Source: Eledone cirrhosa (lineage: Eukaryota). From it: 64,000 bases of DNA. The notes beneath the pieces are model-generated. The model made no database searches. It worked only from the letters and a program-made list of their open reading frames with translations, and was not told the origin of the DNA. A program made the position numbers and the translations under genes. This document shows positions 27,801-56,132 of the stretch, piece by piece; positions within the stretch are counted from its first letter, which is position 1, and each line of letters starts with the position of its first letter. Location of the stretch: assembly GCA_964016885.1 (NCBI GenBank), contig OZ024741.1:142104001-142168000 (forward strand), in the 5' to 3' direction.

Positions 27801-29758
27801 GTAGGTGAAGGAGTCGAAAAGGCGCAGGGCGTGGTTGGTGTCGGAGATGTGAGAGGGGAGAGTGGTGACAAGGGGGACGAGGATGGAGTGAAGAAAGGCG
27901 GAGATGAGTTCGGTGGGGCAGTTGCAAGCGGAGACGATGGGGCGGCCGGGGTTGTCGGGTTTGGGGAGTTTGGGGAGGAAGTAGATGGTGGGGGTGCGGG
28001 GGGGGGGGAGACGATGAGGTGGGAAGTGGGGGGGGGGGGACAAGGTGTTGGATGGTGGAGGAAACTTGTTGTTGGTAGAGGGGTGTGGGATCGGAGGGTA
28101 GAGAGCGGTAGAAGAGGGGGTTACGGAGCTGCCTGAGGGCTTCGGCCGTGTAGAGGTCCGCGCGCCACACCACCACGGCGCCTCCCTTGTCCGCCGGTTT
28201 GATGACGATGTCATCTCGGCTATGGAGGGAGCGGAGAGCGAGGAGTTCGCCCTGTGAGATGTTATTCCATTTGGAACGGTGGCGGAAGCCGAAACGATTT
28301 ACGGCTGGCTTCGACGAACGCGTCCAGGGTGCTAAATTGCCCTGGGGCCGGCGTCCAAGAAGATGGTCGTCGGCCCAGCACGAGAAATGGGTCTGGGACG
28401 TTAGGAGCCGGTGACGTTTGACCGAAATGTGCCTGTAGCTTCGTGCGTCGCACGAATCGCTCGACTTCCGTTCGGGTGCGGAACTCGTCGCTGTGCAGAG
28501 TGTGGGGTATGAAGCGAAGGCCTCTACTAAGGAGTGAGCGCTCAGGTGCAGAGAGGGGGAGGTCAGGGGGTATGGTGACAACAAGTGGTGGGGTTTGGGT
28601 GTGTGAGGGAGGAAGGGAGGGTGTGGTGAGGGGTGAGGTGGAGGGTGGAGATTGGGTAGAGGTGTGGGTAGAGGGAGGGGTGGAGAGTGGTGGGGATGGG
28701 TGGGATGGGTGTGTGGGGGCTCATAGGGATGGGCGGGTGGTGGTGGATGGGGGTGATTGGGAGGAGTGAGTGTAGCTTACGGGCTTTGGTGGAGGTGAGG
28801 AAGGAGAAGAGGTCGTGGTTGAAGTTTTGGATGAAGATGAGTATGGCGTGGACGAGGAGGGGGTGGCAGGTGGTAGTCAAGTTTGCGGATGGTGGAGCGG
28901 GAGGCGCGGATGGAGTTGCGCATTAGGAGGCGCGAGGATCGGGTGAGGATACGTTGGGTGGAGGGGGAAGCGGGGGGGGGGTAGTGTGGAAGTGTAGACG
29001 GAAGCCGAGGGGATAAGGTGGAGGTGGAGGCAGTGGCTGAGGAAATGGATGTGGCTGGAGTGCCGGGTTTTGGCGAAGAGAAGGTAGGAGAGTTGAAGGG
29101 CCGAGGGAGATAGCAGGGTGGGAGAAGGGGGATGAGGAAAAGTTTGAGGCTAGTGTGGAGTTGGTGGAGAAAGGATCTCAGGCTGGGCATGGTGGGCGTT
29201 GAGTGAAAGCAGGGGGAGGAATGAGAAAGCAGGTGTGTGACGCGGGGGGGGGGGGAACGAAGGGGTGAGTGCGAATGATAGGCAGAGACGGGGAAGGGAA
29301 AATCAAACAGAAATAACGTAAGGAGAGGAGAGTATACACAGGGAAATCATAGACAAAAAATCATAATCGTAAAATCACAGGCAATCATGGACAAAAAATC
29401 ATAGACAGAAATAAACAAGTACAGTAAATAAATCAATCAAAAGTAATGCAAAGAAAGGAAAAAACAAGTTGTGGGAAGGTGTGTGGAAAGTTCAGAGAGT
29501 GGTCACGGCGGATTAGATCGGGGTTGAGCCGGTAGTCAAGGTATATTCCAAAGGTATGGAAGCCGTGGGAGCGTGTATTGTATAGTAAAAAATTGAACGG
29601 GAACAAAACAGAGAGGCAGTACGAACAAAGGTTTATTAGTTTCACGCTCTTGAGAGTGGGGTGGTGGTGGGGAACAACGTTTCGAGCATAAAAGCCCTTC
29701 TTCAGGTGAAAAGTGTGTGGGAAGAGAGTTCCAAGGGTGTGTAGGGGAGTGGTGGAGA

Positions 29759-29766
<8 letters not shown>
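24847..29766 (-). mobile_element. Near full-length Penelope-like element (Neptune-type domain order: RT then GIY-YIG) with direct pseudo-LTRs, inserted in (TA)n; coding region about 29190-26499 is frameshifted
   Basis: IVIKPADKGGAVVVW, YFLPKLPKPDNPGRPIVS, LDIKSLYT, GVAMGTRMGPNYANLF, RYIDD, FLDI, KPTDSHSYLDF, CSKPRCNTC..FRCTSSNLVY; about 185-bp direct repeats 24847-25030 and 29581-29766. Confidence 0.92.
24938..24975 (-). ncRNA. Minimal hammerhead-like motif in pseudo-LTR (second copy 29672-29710)
   Basis: CUGAAGA-agggcuuaugccu-GAAA-cgucgUU; the other copy has gggcuuuuaugcuc-GAAA-cguugUU; stem I not evident. Confidence 0.6.
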
Positions 29767-29815
<49 letters not shown>

Positions 29816-29817
29816 GC

Positions 29818-30187
29818 AGTAGGCAGTGATTTTCTCAATGGCTAGGAATTCAGTCCACGCTTTGCTATTTTCTATCCACTGAATTATTTTTGTATAAGTT
29901 TCCAGAGTCCACGCTTTGCCTGGAAACTTAGCTGAGAATAGACTTCCCTGACGACGAAATGATTGTCTATATTTTCTTCGGAAAGTATATTTATTCCATT
30001 TCAGAAACTAATTAGTTGGGAGTGAAATTTTAGTAAGTAAGTTAATTTTATAATTTTCTTATTTTACGTCTCTCATATTATTGTTCTGCATCCCCTTGCA
30101 TTGAACCACAAAGTTACTAAGACAAAACCTATATATTTGCTAGCATAGGTATGCATCTGTATATATATGTTGGTAGATATACTAATT

Positions 30188-30254
<67 letters not shown>

Positions 30255-30272
30255 TGTGTATATATGTATGTG

Positions 30273-30322
<50 letters not shown>

Positions 30323-30340
30323 TGTGTATATATGTATGTG

Positions 30341-30404
<64 letters not shown>

Positions 30405-30444
30405 CGTGTGTGTATATATATATGTGTATATATATGTATATATA

Positions 30445-30484
<40 letters not shown>

Positions 30485-31020
30485 GGGAGGGGGAGACTGA
30501 CAGACAGGCAGATAGATAGATAGAATGATAGAGAGATGGATAGATATATTTCTATAGATGGACAGAACAATTATATGAAAGACGTAAAATAAGAAAATTA
30601 TAAAAATTAACTTACTAAAATTTCACTCCAACTAATTAGTTTCTGAAAGGGAATAAACATGGTTTCCAAATGGAAAGCATGGAGAAGCCATTTCGTCATC
30701 ACTCCTCACTGATTAACCTCGATGTCACGTGATTGATTCTTTTGAATTTGCCACCGACCAAGTAGGCAGTGATTTTTTCAATGTCTTGGAATTTAGTCCA
30801 CGCTTGCTTTTTTCCATCCACTGAATTATTTTTGTATAAGTTCCCTGTGTCCACGCATCGCTTGGGATCTTAGCTGAGAACGACTTCCTGATGACGAAAT
30901 GGCTTCTCCATGTTCCATTTGGAAACCATGTTTATTCCCTTTCAGAAACTAATTAGTTGGATTGAAATTTTAGTATGTAAGTTAATTTTTATAATTTTCT
31001 TATTTTACGTCTTTCATATA
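29818..31020. repeat. Three copies of a repeat of about 260 bp (29818-30087 +, 30564-30701 - partial, 30761-31020 +) with a decayed hammerhead-like core; probable PLE terminal-repeat relics
   Basis: Shared agtaggcagtgatttt...ctga(c/t)gacgaaatg...cagaaactaattagttgg; last two copies form inverted arms of about 130 bp; embedded in (TA)n. Confidence 0.75.
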
Positions 31021-31153
31021 TATATATATATATATAATCAGTTACAACAGAGGCATTACGCAGATACTTAAGTTTCATCGGGCGTAACACCAACTCATTC
31101 ACTCTTCAATATTGGAGCAACGAATGAATCCACATATATGTATGATGCATACG

Positions 31154-32120
31154 CAGGGCCGAATTTAGACCATGGTGGTGGTGGTGCCTCTCTCTCTTAC
31201 ACAGAAACCCACAAAGTAACACATTACCCCTGCTTATTGCATGTAGCTGGAATTGACAGGTTATACATTCAAATGCTGACTGCACAATGTAAATACATAA
31301 ATTTGAATACATAATATATACGTAATAGGTAAATGTTAAATGTTATATATATTGTAATGCACCTGAACACTGTACACAATAATTTCATTATTATTATTAT
31401 AAATGCACTGGCGTGTTAGTCTCAATGCTGCCACAAAGATATTTATGCAAATATACTAAAAGCTAAGGCAAGAAACGCATCAAATCCACCATAATAAGGT
31501 TAAACGCATCTATCAATGCAAGACGTTACCTAAACTAATTGCAGTAAGTTATACCTACTTATCGTCATGATTCTCAGTTAAATCTTTATGAGTGCTAATT
31601 TGCTGGATTATCTCTTTCCTAAACATTTACTAACGATGAAGCTCATATATATTATAAGAACTACATCAACAATTGGACAGGTATCTGCAAGCCATTTATC
31701 ATGGAGTAACATTGACTGTTGAGATTGCATGAGACATGACCTGAGCTTGAGAAAGGCTGTAAAATGGATAGTAATTTCCATCACCACATAACTAAACTCA
31801 TCGGTGAAAGCAGTGATAAGTTTCTCGGCTTCAGTTCTTATCCCTGCATCAAATAAACTAAATAATTTCATCATGGCCTTGAACTTATACTATAATTCAT
31901 AGGCTAACCTACAGTTTTGTACAGATAATTGATCTAAAATGATATTAATGCATTAAAACTCCTGCATCTGAGTTTGTTTCCTTGGGAACGAACTATGTCC
32001 TCTGAGACTGATCTTGGATTTACATTGTCATGTTGGTCTACCTGTTTTTGCTTTATAGTTGATGATTGGCTCAGAAGTTTCTGGCTTTCAGTTTTAACAA
32101 TTCATATCTATCCCCAAAAG
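31154..32120 (-). mobile_element. Decayed hAT transposon 3' portion
   Basis: Minus strand near 31700-31560 reads DTCPIVDVVLIIYMSFIVSKCLGKR*SSKLALIK.*LR, resembling the hAT dimerisation motif (ERSFSKL..IK..LR); TIR-like cagggccgaattta at 31154. Confidence 0.55.
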
Positions 32121-32304
32121 ATTTTAGCAACTTTTCTAGATAATCAGTTTGCGTGTATATATAAATATATACATAGATATTGAGAGCGAATGAAAGCGAG
32201 AGAAAAATAAATATATAGAACTACATCAGGGGGAATAACTAATAAGTAAAATAAAATTGGTTCTAGGGGAGATAAGCCAGATACATAGCTAGATTGATAA
32301 TTAG

Positions 32305-33320
32305 ATATATTTCTTTATTAGCCACAAGGGCGCACAAGAAAAGGGGACAATACAAAGACGTGCTGGGGATTTTACATACAGTCGTGTAAAAAATATAAAA
32401 ACAAACAATTACAACAATCGAAATCCCCAATAGGGGGGAGGCGCCACAAATGGGTTGTTTAATACCCCGTCGATAGAACAACCCTCAACTCCAGGATCGT
32501 GTTGTGCAAGTGCTCTTTTCTTCCTTTTGCTCTCTTCCTCAACCTACAGGCTTATAAACAGAGAAGGCCCAATCACTCGGGCCATTTTCGCTTCATTCAC
32601 CCACCTTTCAGTAAATTTACTGGGGTGCAGTGCCTCTCTCTCCACCCTGATTCTCCTTCTAAAGTGATACTTAAAGAAGGGAATCAATTGTTGTCCGGAG
32701 AGAAAGGCATCTGTCCTCAGTCCTCTCAACCTCGTCCACCATATAACTTCTTTCACCATAGCCACCGTACAGAGGAAAACCGCCTCTCTTTCGTTTTTGA
32801 AAGAGGCTGGCGGTTTGATCCTTACTATGGACTCGGCAGTCAACTGGATTTGTCCCATACGCGACAGCAGTTGTTCTGCATAGTTCCACAGGTCGGTTAC
32901 GCCCGGGCAGTGTACAATTGCGTGCAGGACTGTTTCAATGTCCTGCGCGCATCTTGGACACGTCCTCTTGGAAGGATCCCTGCCGGGGCGTCCGTGCCTG
33001 TAGATCTTGTCACGAACCGGTAGAGCTCCTCGGTAACACTGCCAGGCCAGGGACCTCTGGAAGTTGTCCATAGGTCCCGGGCGGAAAGTCCTACCAAACA
33101 GACTGGTGAGCGCATCGTCTTCGACGCCCAGAGTCTCTCCGAGCACGTCGTCGCCCTTGTAACGTACAATCCCTCTATAGAATGTCGAAGTGGAGTCTCC
33201 ACTGATTGCTGCGCCCGCTTGTCAGAGGACTGTGAGCGCCTGAGCGCATTCAATGTGCCAGGCGCCCATCGTTTTCGGTCTTTTCTTCACCCAGGACTGC
33301 AGCTCCGTCAGCGAGACGAG
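32305..33320 (-). mobile_element. L1/Tx1-like LINE 3' fragment (zf-RVT region)
   Basis: ORF 32544-33146 WQCYRGALPV...CPRCAQDIETVLHAIVHC..WNYAE; AATAAA near the 3' end. Confidence 0.8.
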
Positions 33321-33491
33321 CTGTGGGATATAGATAGATACATATATAGATAGACAATAATGTAGAAAAAGATAGATAGATCGAACGATTGATAGATACA
33401 TAGAAAGGGAGAGAAAGATAGAGTGAAACCGAAAAACAGATAAATTGTAGATAGATGGAAAGAATGGTAGATAGAAGGAGAGAAGCAGCTA

Positions 33492-33558
<67 letters not shown>

Positions 33559-33714
33559 TGTAGAACAACATTAGTTGAAATAACTCACAAGAAAAAACAT
33601 TGTCACTAGGGTGACAATTGTTTCGTTTTGTTTGTTCATTTAAATGTTTTTCGGAAAAATTCAGTTTGGGTGATTGGACCTCCACAAATGTTTTTGCATT
33701 AGCATAAAACCGAA

Positions 33715-34105
33715 CTTCTTCTTCTCCTTCTTGAAGGGTCTTTCCAGCGGGTCCTATAAAAAGCAACCATCTCCAACTGATCCGGCTGGATCCCCAAGCA
33801 GATCAGCTAAGTTCATGGATGTTATCCAACCATCTTACTCGGGGTTTACCACCTGGGTCTCCTGCCGGCTGGTTTTAGCCGTGAAATCTGTCTACCGATT
33901 CTTTTCTGAGACATTATTACTACATGTCCATAGTGTCGGAGCTGTTATCTCTCAATTCGTAGAAGTAGCGGCTCTACTTAGAGTGACTCTGATCTCTGAG
34001 CTACGCACTCTATCGAATAACGTTACACCAGAAACCCTTCGTAGGAACCCAGTCGCTTGTATTCGCAATCGTATTTTTTCGGTCATTACCCAAGATTCAT
34101 GACCA
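33715..34105 (-). mobile_element. RTE-clade LINE 3' fragment, same family as 12545-12961
   Basis: GHESWVMTEKIRLRIQATGFLRRVSGVTLFDRVRSSEIR; short (GAA)n tail. Confidence 0.8.
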
Positions 34106-34109
34106 CAGA

Positions 34110-34790
34110 AGAATAACCAACCAACCCTCTCTCCGTGAGGATTCACTGTGATTTCAGTGGGTTTTTCTGACCCTCAGAACACATTGTTCTTAGAGTTAAT
34201 CATTCCCTCTAAGTGAAAGAGGTCCACTGCAGATTCAGAAAAATTTGAGTTGTTTTTCCTCTTCTTCGGCATTTTCTCAGCCCTAGCCTTTCTCTTGGTG
34301 TTATCAGTTACAGTAAGGTTTTGTTTAGTCTGTATTCTCTAAGGGTCCCCTCTTAAGATCTTCTTTGATAACCCTTCTGGTAGTTTCTGTGAAGAAACCC
34401 AATGATTGGTTTTTGTTCGGCGATTGTTTTAAGCTCTATTCAACAGACTCACGGACAACGTCAATAACTTCCTATGTACGCTTCATGGATTGTCTAGATT
34501 GGATAGAACGGTTCTCAGACATTGTATTGGGGTTCTCCCTATCCCACAGTCTTCTTCTTCACTCTGGCTTTGAAGAGAGATTTGTATGTTCCAAAAGGTG
34601 CACGAATTTGCTCCTGGATCTACATGTACGAGCCAAACTTATAGTAGTGTTTCACACAGAAAATCCGGTGCTGGAGCTCCTATCGATCGAGGTCTTGTTG
34701 ACTTCTAAGTTGTATCTGCCATGTCCTGAAATTTAAGATTGATCAGTTAGAAAATGAATATAGAGTGAAACAGCGTGTACGGGGTCAGTT
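34110..34790 (-). mobile_element. Possible decayed Gypsy gag 5' fragment
   Basis: Minus strand from about 34722 reads MADTT*...PAPDFLCE..*VWLVHV, weakly like the gag P.FW...P..WF motif; many disablements. Confidence 0.3.
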
Positions 34791-34802
34791 TCTTTTGAGT
34801 TA

Positions 34803-34856
<54 letters not shown>

Positions 34857-34964
34857 AGGGAGTGTAACTTGGAGTTACTGTAGATTCACCCGAGTGAGCA
34901 CTCGATGTTTAGGTTCACTTCAGTGTCGAGGTGTAGAGCTAGACAGAGTGTATTATAGTGAAAT

Positions 34965-35003
<39 letters not shown>

Positions 35004-35196
35004 CAAATAAATTATCGAGAATCGGAACTTCGGCCCACAAAATAACGAAACACAATATTCGAAATGTGCGGCAAAGTGCTCAATGATTTGGATAAACCAG
35101 AGCTATAACTAACGTTTAATACCAACACACTGAGACGATGCTTAAACAATCATTCGCACAGCCAAAAATACGACCAAGAAAATTCGAGTCAGACAA

Positions 35197-35254
<58 letters not shown>

Positions 35255-36527
35255 GAGAGGTATAGAGATTGTTTTAGCAAGAAGCTAACGGCATTCTATA
35301 ACATATATGCGACTATAACGTCAAGATGGGAAAAGTAGTTAACGAAAGATTTAGGAAAAATAACTCAAACTCATCTCAAAAGAGAATCAGGATATAAATT
35401 CATCCACAGAATTTAGTAAAATCCAGGGAAAATCTATAGACCTTTAACTCATGATAAAATAAAGTTTGAAACACTTATCCTTCAATTTGGAATAACATCA
35501 AATGCTCTGTATAGTCTTAAAAGACTATTTCATGAAAACTTTCAGTGGAGATGGTCACGGTTGGAATTTCAATCATCAGCAGAGCTCAACAGAAAACCAG
35601 GGCTCTCACAGTAATATAATCCGAAAAAGGGAATTCTAAAACTGGCTAGTTCGCCTTCATGTGTATTTATGAAAAAGCACATGAGGAAAAAACGGGGCTA
35701 GTGACGTCAGGATGGAAGTGAATGTTTATTTACAAGAAATAGCAGTCAAATACATTCTGAAAAAAAACTCTTATATATATATGTATATATACACACACAT
35801 ACATATACAGGGTGACTAAAAAAACTAGCCTCGCGCACATGTTGTGTCATTATATATTCATTTTCTAACTGATCAATCTAAAATGTCTGCTAAAAGGGGA
35901 GACAACGCCGAAGGAAATATTTATATATTTCAATAACTAGTAAATACTTTGCTTTATAAGTTAAAATAGCAATTCAAGACAGATAGTATGTCTAAGCATT
36001 CGAAAGAATGTAAACAATAAAGAGATAGATTTTTATAATATAGGCGACCATAAAGCACATATTTATATAAAATCAGCTTGCAGTTAAGTAATAAAAACAA
36101 CTACGTAAATTTCATTCCCAGTTGTATAAATAACATTAAAAATTGTTCACAATTCTTTCAGAATGAAAATATAAACACATAATAAATACGATTAACTATT
36201 GCTAGTAACCTCACAAATACAACGCACCAAAGCGAAAGAAGGAAAAAGAAAAATGACCATCACCAAGTGCGATAATCGACCGCACATCACAAGAGTCGAT
36301 GCATTTTCGCATCCAATTCAAAACAATTCAACTTCCGTTAACTACATCATGTTATTGTTTAACATTTATTTATATATATATATATATTTATTTATTCAAG
36401 TGTTTATTTAAATAAAATATTGTACTAAAATTATCATTAATTCTTTTTTAATTTAGAAGCTCAGTAAATTAATAAATATATACGTCAGAATATACGAAAG
36501 TAATACTTCACGCTTGTAAAATTCAAG

Positions 36528-50188
<13,661 letters not shown>

Positions 50189-52617
50189 TGGGACAGTGGT
50201 GGTTGCATTATAACCTATCATCTTTTATTTCGATTTTTTTTTCAACATTTCTTCCTTTTTAACAGTTGGATTTTGTTATTTTGAGGACATACTAATCACA
50301 ACTGTATTAAAATACATATATATCTAGAAAATAAGTTTCTGATTCTCTTCATTTCTTTAAAATAACTTTTGAAAATTGTCTATGCCTGGGTATTTGCTTT
50401 CCATTTATGTAAAAGCATACTTTAACCCAGGCCATCCCAAAGAAGGGGTCATGAGTAAAATTTAAAAAAAAAAAAAAATCATATTCTAGTTTCAGGATGA
50501 TTTTTGGTTGCGATTGTACATTTAAAAACAAAAATCCTCTACATGTATCTCTGACACACTCTGATTACTCTTTGTATCCTTCTCGTCTATAAACATAATC
50601 ACCATCTCTGCAAATATCTGGATGTCAAGCCACTAGTTTATCCTGACTATCCACATACTATGCAACACATCCCTTCTGAACATCATCAAATTCATCATCA
50701 TTTAACATATTTTTTCCCTGCTAGCACAGACTGGGCAGTACTCAAACAGAGCCTTTGACCTCTAGGTGGGTCAGTGGCCTGATATACAACATTCTATTGT
50801 GGCACCAACATTAGAGAGGTTGTCATGTCTAAGGCACAGCTGAAGAGTTGTCCCAACCCTTTGTTTGGCAAGTTTTCTACCGCTGGATGCTCTTCTTATC
50901 ATTAACCACCACAAATTAGCTGATAGATCAAAGTTCTACCATTCCTATACTACCCCTGGCTTCAAATGTGTATCAAACCTGACCTATCAAAAACACTAAT
51001 GCATGACAGAAACCATCCTCTTAGACACAGCATGGCGAAATGATTAACAGGTTTGCTCACAATCATTAGGGATAGGTTCAATTCCACTGCCTTGCATCTT
51101 GGGCAAGTGTCATTTATCATAGCCTTGAGAGTGAAATTCAATAGATGGAAACTCTTTGGGAGCCAGTCGATGGACTACCTGTAATTCAAAAAGCCAGCCT
51201 TATTACTGTGTTATACTGAATTTCTCTGAGAATAATGTTAAGGGTAGATCTGCCATTTCACATTAATTTCATGAGCAGGTTGTTCAATTGGTTGAACAAC
51301 TGGAGCACTTATTGGCAAGACTGAGAGAGGTCTATTGGAGTTTGATATTACATTAATACAACTAACATAAATCTTTGCTTGATAAATGGAATATGAGATA
51401 CTTCTTCAGAGATGAGTATAGGTTGACTGAAAATAGGATTGTGGAGAGACACCATCACGGCAGTATTTTGGTACAAGCCTAAGAATCAGTGCCACCAAGA
51501 ACAGCATTCACATACAAATAGCGACATCAGAGGTCAGTACCACAGCAATTTGAAAGGCCTGCTTCTGTTGAAATTGGACGAGAGATCTAGGTGAAGTACT
51601 CCAATACATACTGCATGTCCCTTTGGAGGAAGGAAATAGTGACAGCCATGAATTCTCAAAATATTGTTTTAGTAGATGGAGTACTACAGGATGATAATGA
51701 ACAAGGAAAGGACAAGATCAGCACTACAGAGCCATTTACCTAGGTGGGTGTAGAGATGATTTTGACATAGAGTGAGGGTATGTAAAGTAGATCTGTAATG
51801 TATGAGGTAATGAGTTACACTGGAAGTAAAGGGTGAAGGGATAAAGTTAAGGGCTCTTTCATGTGGTTGCATCAAGCTATGTTTTTAAACAGGTTTCTTG
51901 AACAATTTAATCTCTGGTCAAAAGTGGTGATTCTTTGGTTGGCATTAGGAAGGGCCAAGATAAAATGCACCCAGTACACTGTAAAGTGGTTGGTGTTAGG
52001 AAGGGCATCCAGCTATAGAAACCATGTACATAAGTGAGCAAGATGCGGGTACTCTGACCAACTGGTGAGGACAGTAAATCCAATTAAGTACTGACTTGGT
52101 CTATGATAGCCTGTCCAACCCATACCAGCTTGAAAAAGACATTAAATGATAATGATGTTAGGCAACCATTATTCAAGTGGATTGGTAGTATCGGTAGAGG
52201 GTCGGACGCCATGCGTTGACGCATAGAGTTACGGCCCTTGCCATTCTGAGTTCAAATCCCGCCGAGGTTAACTTTGCCTTTCATCCTTATGAAATAAAGT
52301 ACCAGTAATACACTGGGTAATTGCTGGCCTTGTGCCAAAAGTAGAAACAATTATTCAAGTATGGATGTCATCATAAACCAAAACATGGAGATACCAAAAC
52401 ATCCATTTACTTGAAGAATTTTACTCAATGAAGCAATATGATAATCACTGTTTAACATCTATTTTCTCAGCATGAATGGGTTCAATGGGCCAGACTGGTT
52501 AGGTGACCACACCTTGTTCATATGCTCTTTTTTGGGGTTTGGTTTCTTCGACTGGATGCTCTTCCTAACACCTGCCACTTTACAGTGTGTATTGGAAGCA
52601 TTTTATTGTGACTCTGG

Positions 52618-55172
52618 CATCATCATCATCATCATCATTTTACGTCCGCTTTTCCCTGCTTGCGAGGGTGGGACGGGTCTTATTCAGAACAGCATCTCTC
52701 CACTCGTCATGGTCCCTCGTCATCTCCACCGTGAGCTTCAATGATCTGAGGTCTGTTCTCACCACCTCCGCCCATGTTTTTCGTGGTCTACCTCTACCAC
52801 GTCTTCCTTCAACTGGCAATTCCTGGCACTTCTTCACCCATCGGTCATCCTCCATGCGCATCACATGTCCATACCACCTCAGTCTCCTCTCCCGTACACT
52901 ACATTCTATCCCTCTCAGACACAGTTTCTCTCTCAACACATTTACACTGCACATCCAACGGAGCATGCTTGCCTCATTTCTCTCCAGCCGTCGCATATCC
53001 TCTGCAGTTGCTGCCCATGTCTCACTACCATGCAGCATCACGCTCCTCACACAGGCATCATACAACCGGCCTTTCGTACGCAGGGAGAAACCCTTCTTCG
53101 TCAAAAGAGGAAGCAGCTCCCTAAACTTCTTCCAACCCGTCCTTATTCTAGATACTATGGCCTCGGAACACCCTCCTCCCATGCTAATCTGATCTCCTAG
53201 GTACCGGAAGCTATCCACCACTTCTATAGCGCCCTCTTGCATTTGAAAAATGTGTCTATCAGTGCGACTTCTACTGTCTAATTTCCTTGTACATCTGCAT
53301 ACATATTTCTCCCTACCTGTTAGTTTGCCTGCTATCCCGCTACATCTCTTGTGTACCCAGGATCTGCATTGTGTGCATTTTATAGAATTTATGGCTATTT
53401 CCCTGATGGAATCAGGGTTTTGTCCTCTTTTCTACTCATCAACACTTTTGTCTTAGCTAGATTCACTCTCAGTCCTCTTGCTTCCAACTACTGTTTCCAT
53501 AGCCAGAATTTATTCTCTAGCTCCTCTACTGATTCTGCTATAAGAACCAGATCGTCAGCATAGAGAAGTTCCCATGGACAGCCAGTCTTAAACTCCTCTG
53601 TTATGGCTTGGAGGACTATAATGAACAAGAGCGGGTTGAGGACCGAACCCTGATGTACTCCTACTTGTATCTGGAATTCCTCACTAAACTCCATTCCTAC
53701 CCTGACTTTACTGAGAGTACCTCTGTACAAAGTTTGCACTGTCCTCACAAGCCATTCCTCAACACCTAGCTTTCTTAGGGACCACCAGATGACAGATCGG
53801 GGTACCCTATCAAAGGCCTTCTCTAGGTCAACAAAGGCTAAGTATAGTGGCTTATTCTTCTCTAAGAACCTCTCTTGCAATTGTCTCACCAAGAAGAGGG
53901 CATCTGTTGTACTCTTCCCAGGCACAAAACCAAACTGCATCTCATCTAGTTTGACCCTTTCTCTAATTAGTTGTGCTAAAATCCTTTCTGCCACTTTCAT
54001 AACCTGATCTATTAGTTTTATACCCCTATAATTGCTCCTCTCCAAAGCATCCCCTTTACCTTTGTAGCAATTTATGAGAATAGTGCTGCACCAGTCTTTG
54101 GGTATGACACCACCATATATAGCCTGATTGATGATGCGTGCAACCAGTTTAGTGCCTACGTCCCCTGATGCCTTCAGCATCTCAGCAAGTATTCCCGATG
54201 GTCCGGCAGCCTTACCATTTTTCATTTCCCTAATCGCCTCTTGGACCCTATATTCGTCAATCTCAATAGCTGGTCCCTCTGTCGGATCTACCAAGGGTAA
54301 TTTCTCTCTCTCCCATTCGTTCTCCACATTCATCAGTCTCTCATAATGACATTTCCAGGCCTCCTTTTTCTGATCATTCGTGACACTAAGTACACCGGCA
54401 TCATCCCGAACACATTTATCTCCAACAACATCCTGATTTGCATTGACACACTGCCTTGCAATGTGGAACACCGCATGCCTCTGATCTTCCTGTCGCAGAA
54501 CATTGGCAAACCTCCTACTCTCTGCCTCCCTGCGTGCTAAGTACACCTGATGTCTAGCTTCTCTCTTAGTGGCTGTATATTCTTCCCTACTCCCACCCTT
54601 TTTCCAAGCCTTCCATGCTAGTCTTTTGTCTCTAATAGCCTTATCTACTGTGCTGTTCCACCACCAGGTCACTCTCTGTCTGGTTGGAGCTCTGCTCCAG
54701 CCACAAGTTTCATCAGTAGCCTGCAGCAAGTTGTCACGTAAGAAATTCCAGTTATTATCTATGTCATACGTCTCTAAATCGTCTTCTTTTTCGTCATATA
54801 CATCTTGAAGGGCTTTCCTAAATTTGTATTTTAGTGAAAGGTCTTTTAGCTTCCAGACCTTTCTTCTCCACACCTTCCTATATGTCTCATTCCATCTCTT
54901 GCTTACTGAGATATCACTAACAACTAACCTATGCTGTGGGGGTACATTCTTCCCCAGGGTATGCCTTGGTATTAGACACTATCTGCCTGTCCCGCTGCCT
55001 AACTAGCAAGAAGTCAATCTGGCTTATGTGCTCACCAGATTTGTAGGTTATTAGGTGATTGGCAGGTTTCTGGAAGTTTGTGTTGCAAATAGTCAATGTA
55101 CCCGCATCACAAAATTCAAGAAGTCTCACTCCTTCTTCCTTTCTTGAACCGTAACCGTGCCCACCATGTACC
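52618..55172 (-). mobile_element. RTE-clade LINE, 5'-truncated (end of APE plus RT), few disablements, (GAT)n tail
   Basis: QIDFLLVR; NYRGIKL, QFGFVPGKST, AFVDLEKAFDRV, GVHQGSVLNPLLF, LLYADD, FRYLG, RRLRWYGHVMR. Confidence 0.95.
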
Positions 55173-55438
55173 CCAGTGTATCAATAGTTGTTTTTGTCAA
55201 GGCACCAATAGGACAACCTTACAGGGTGGACTGTATGCTTTTTATCATTGCACCAGCATTACCACTTGACAGGATGTGGCTGTGTGTATTTTATCATGGC
55301 ACCAGCACTACCTCCACTAAAACTAAACTACTAGAATGTTCTAACTGTTTTAGATACAGCAAGATATAAGAGCCACTATTTCAAGGTTGGTGAAAGTTGT
55401 GTGAAGGCAATTTTCTAAAACAATATTTTGTGTTTTCA

Positions 55439-55955
<517 letters not shown>

Positions 55956-56132
55956 ATTTCTCAAAAGCTAAGCTATGTCTGTGACTATATTACATTATGG
56001 AGCATTTTTGTTTTGTCTTTGGCTAACATGGGTCTTGGTTTACAAGTAGAAAATAGATATATTTTCTACTTACCACTAGAATGTTTGATGCTGACTAAGT
56101 CTTCTCCAAGTGGCACATATATTGCTCTATTC

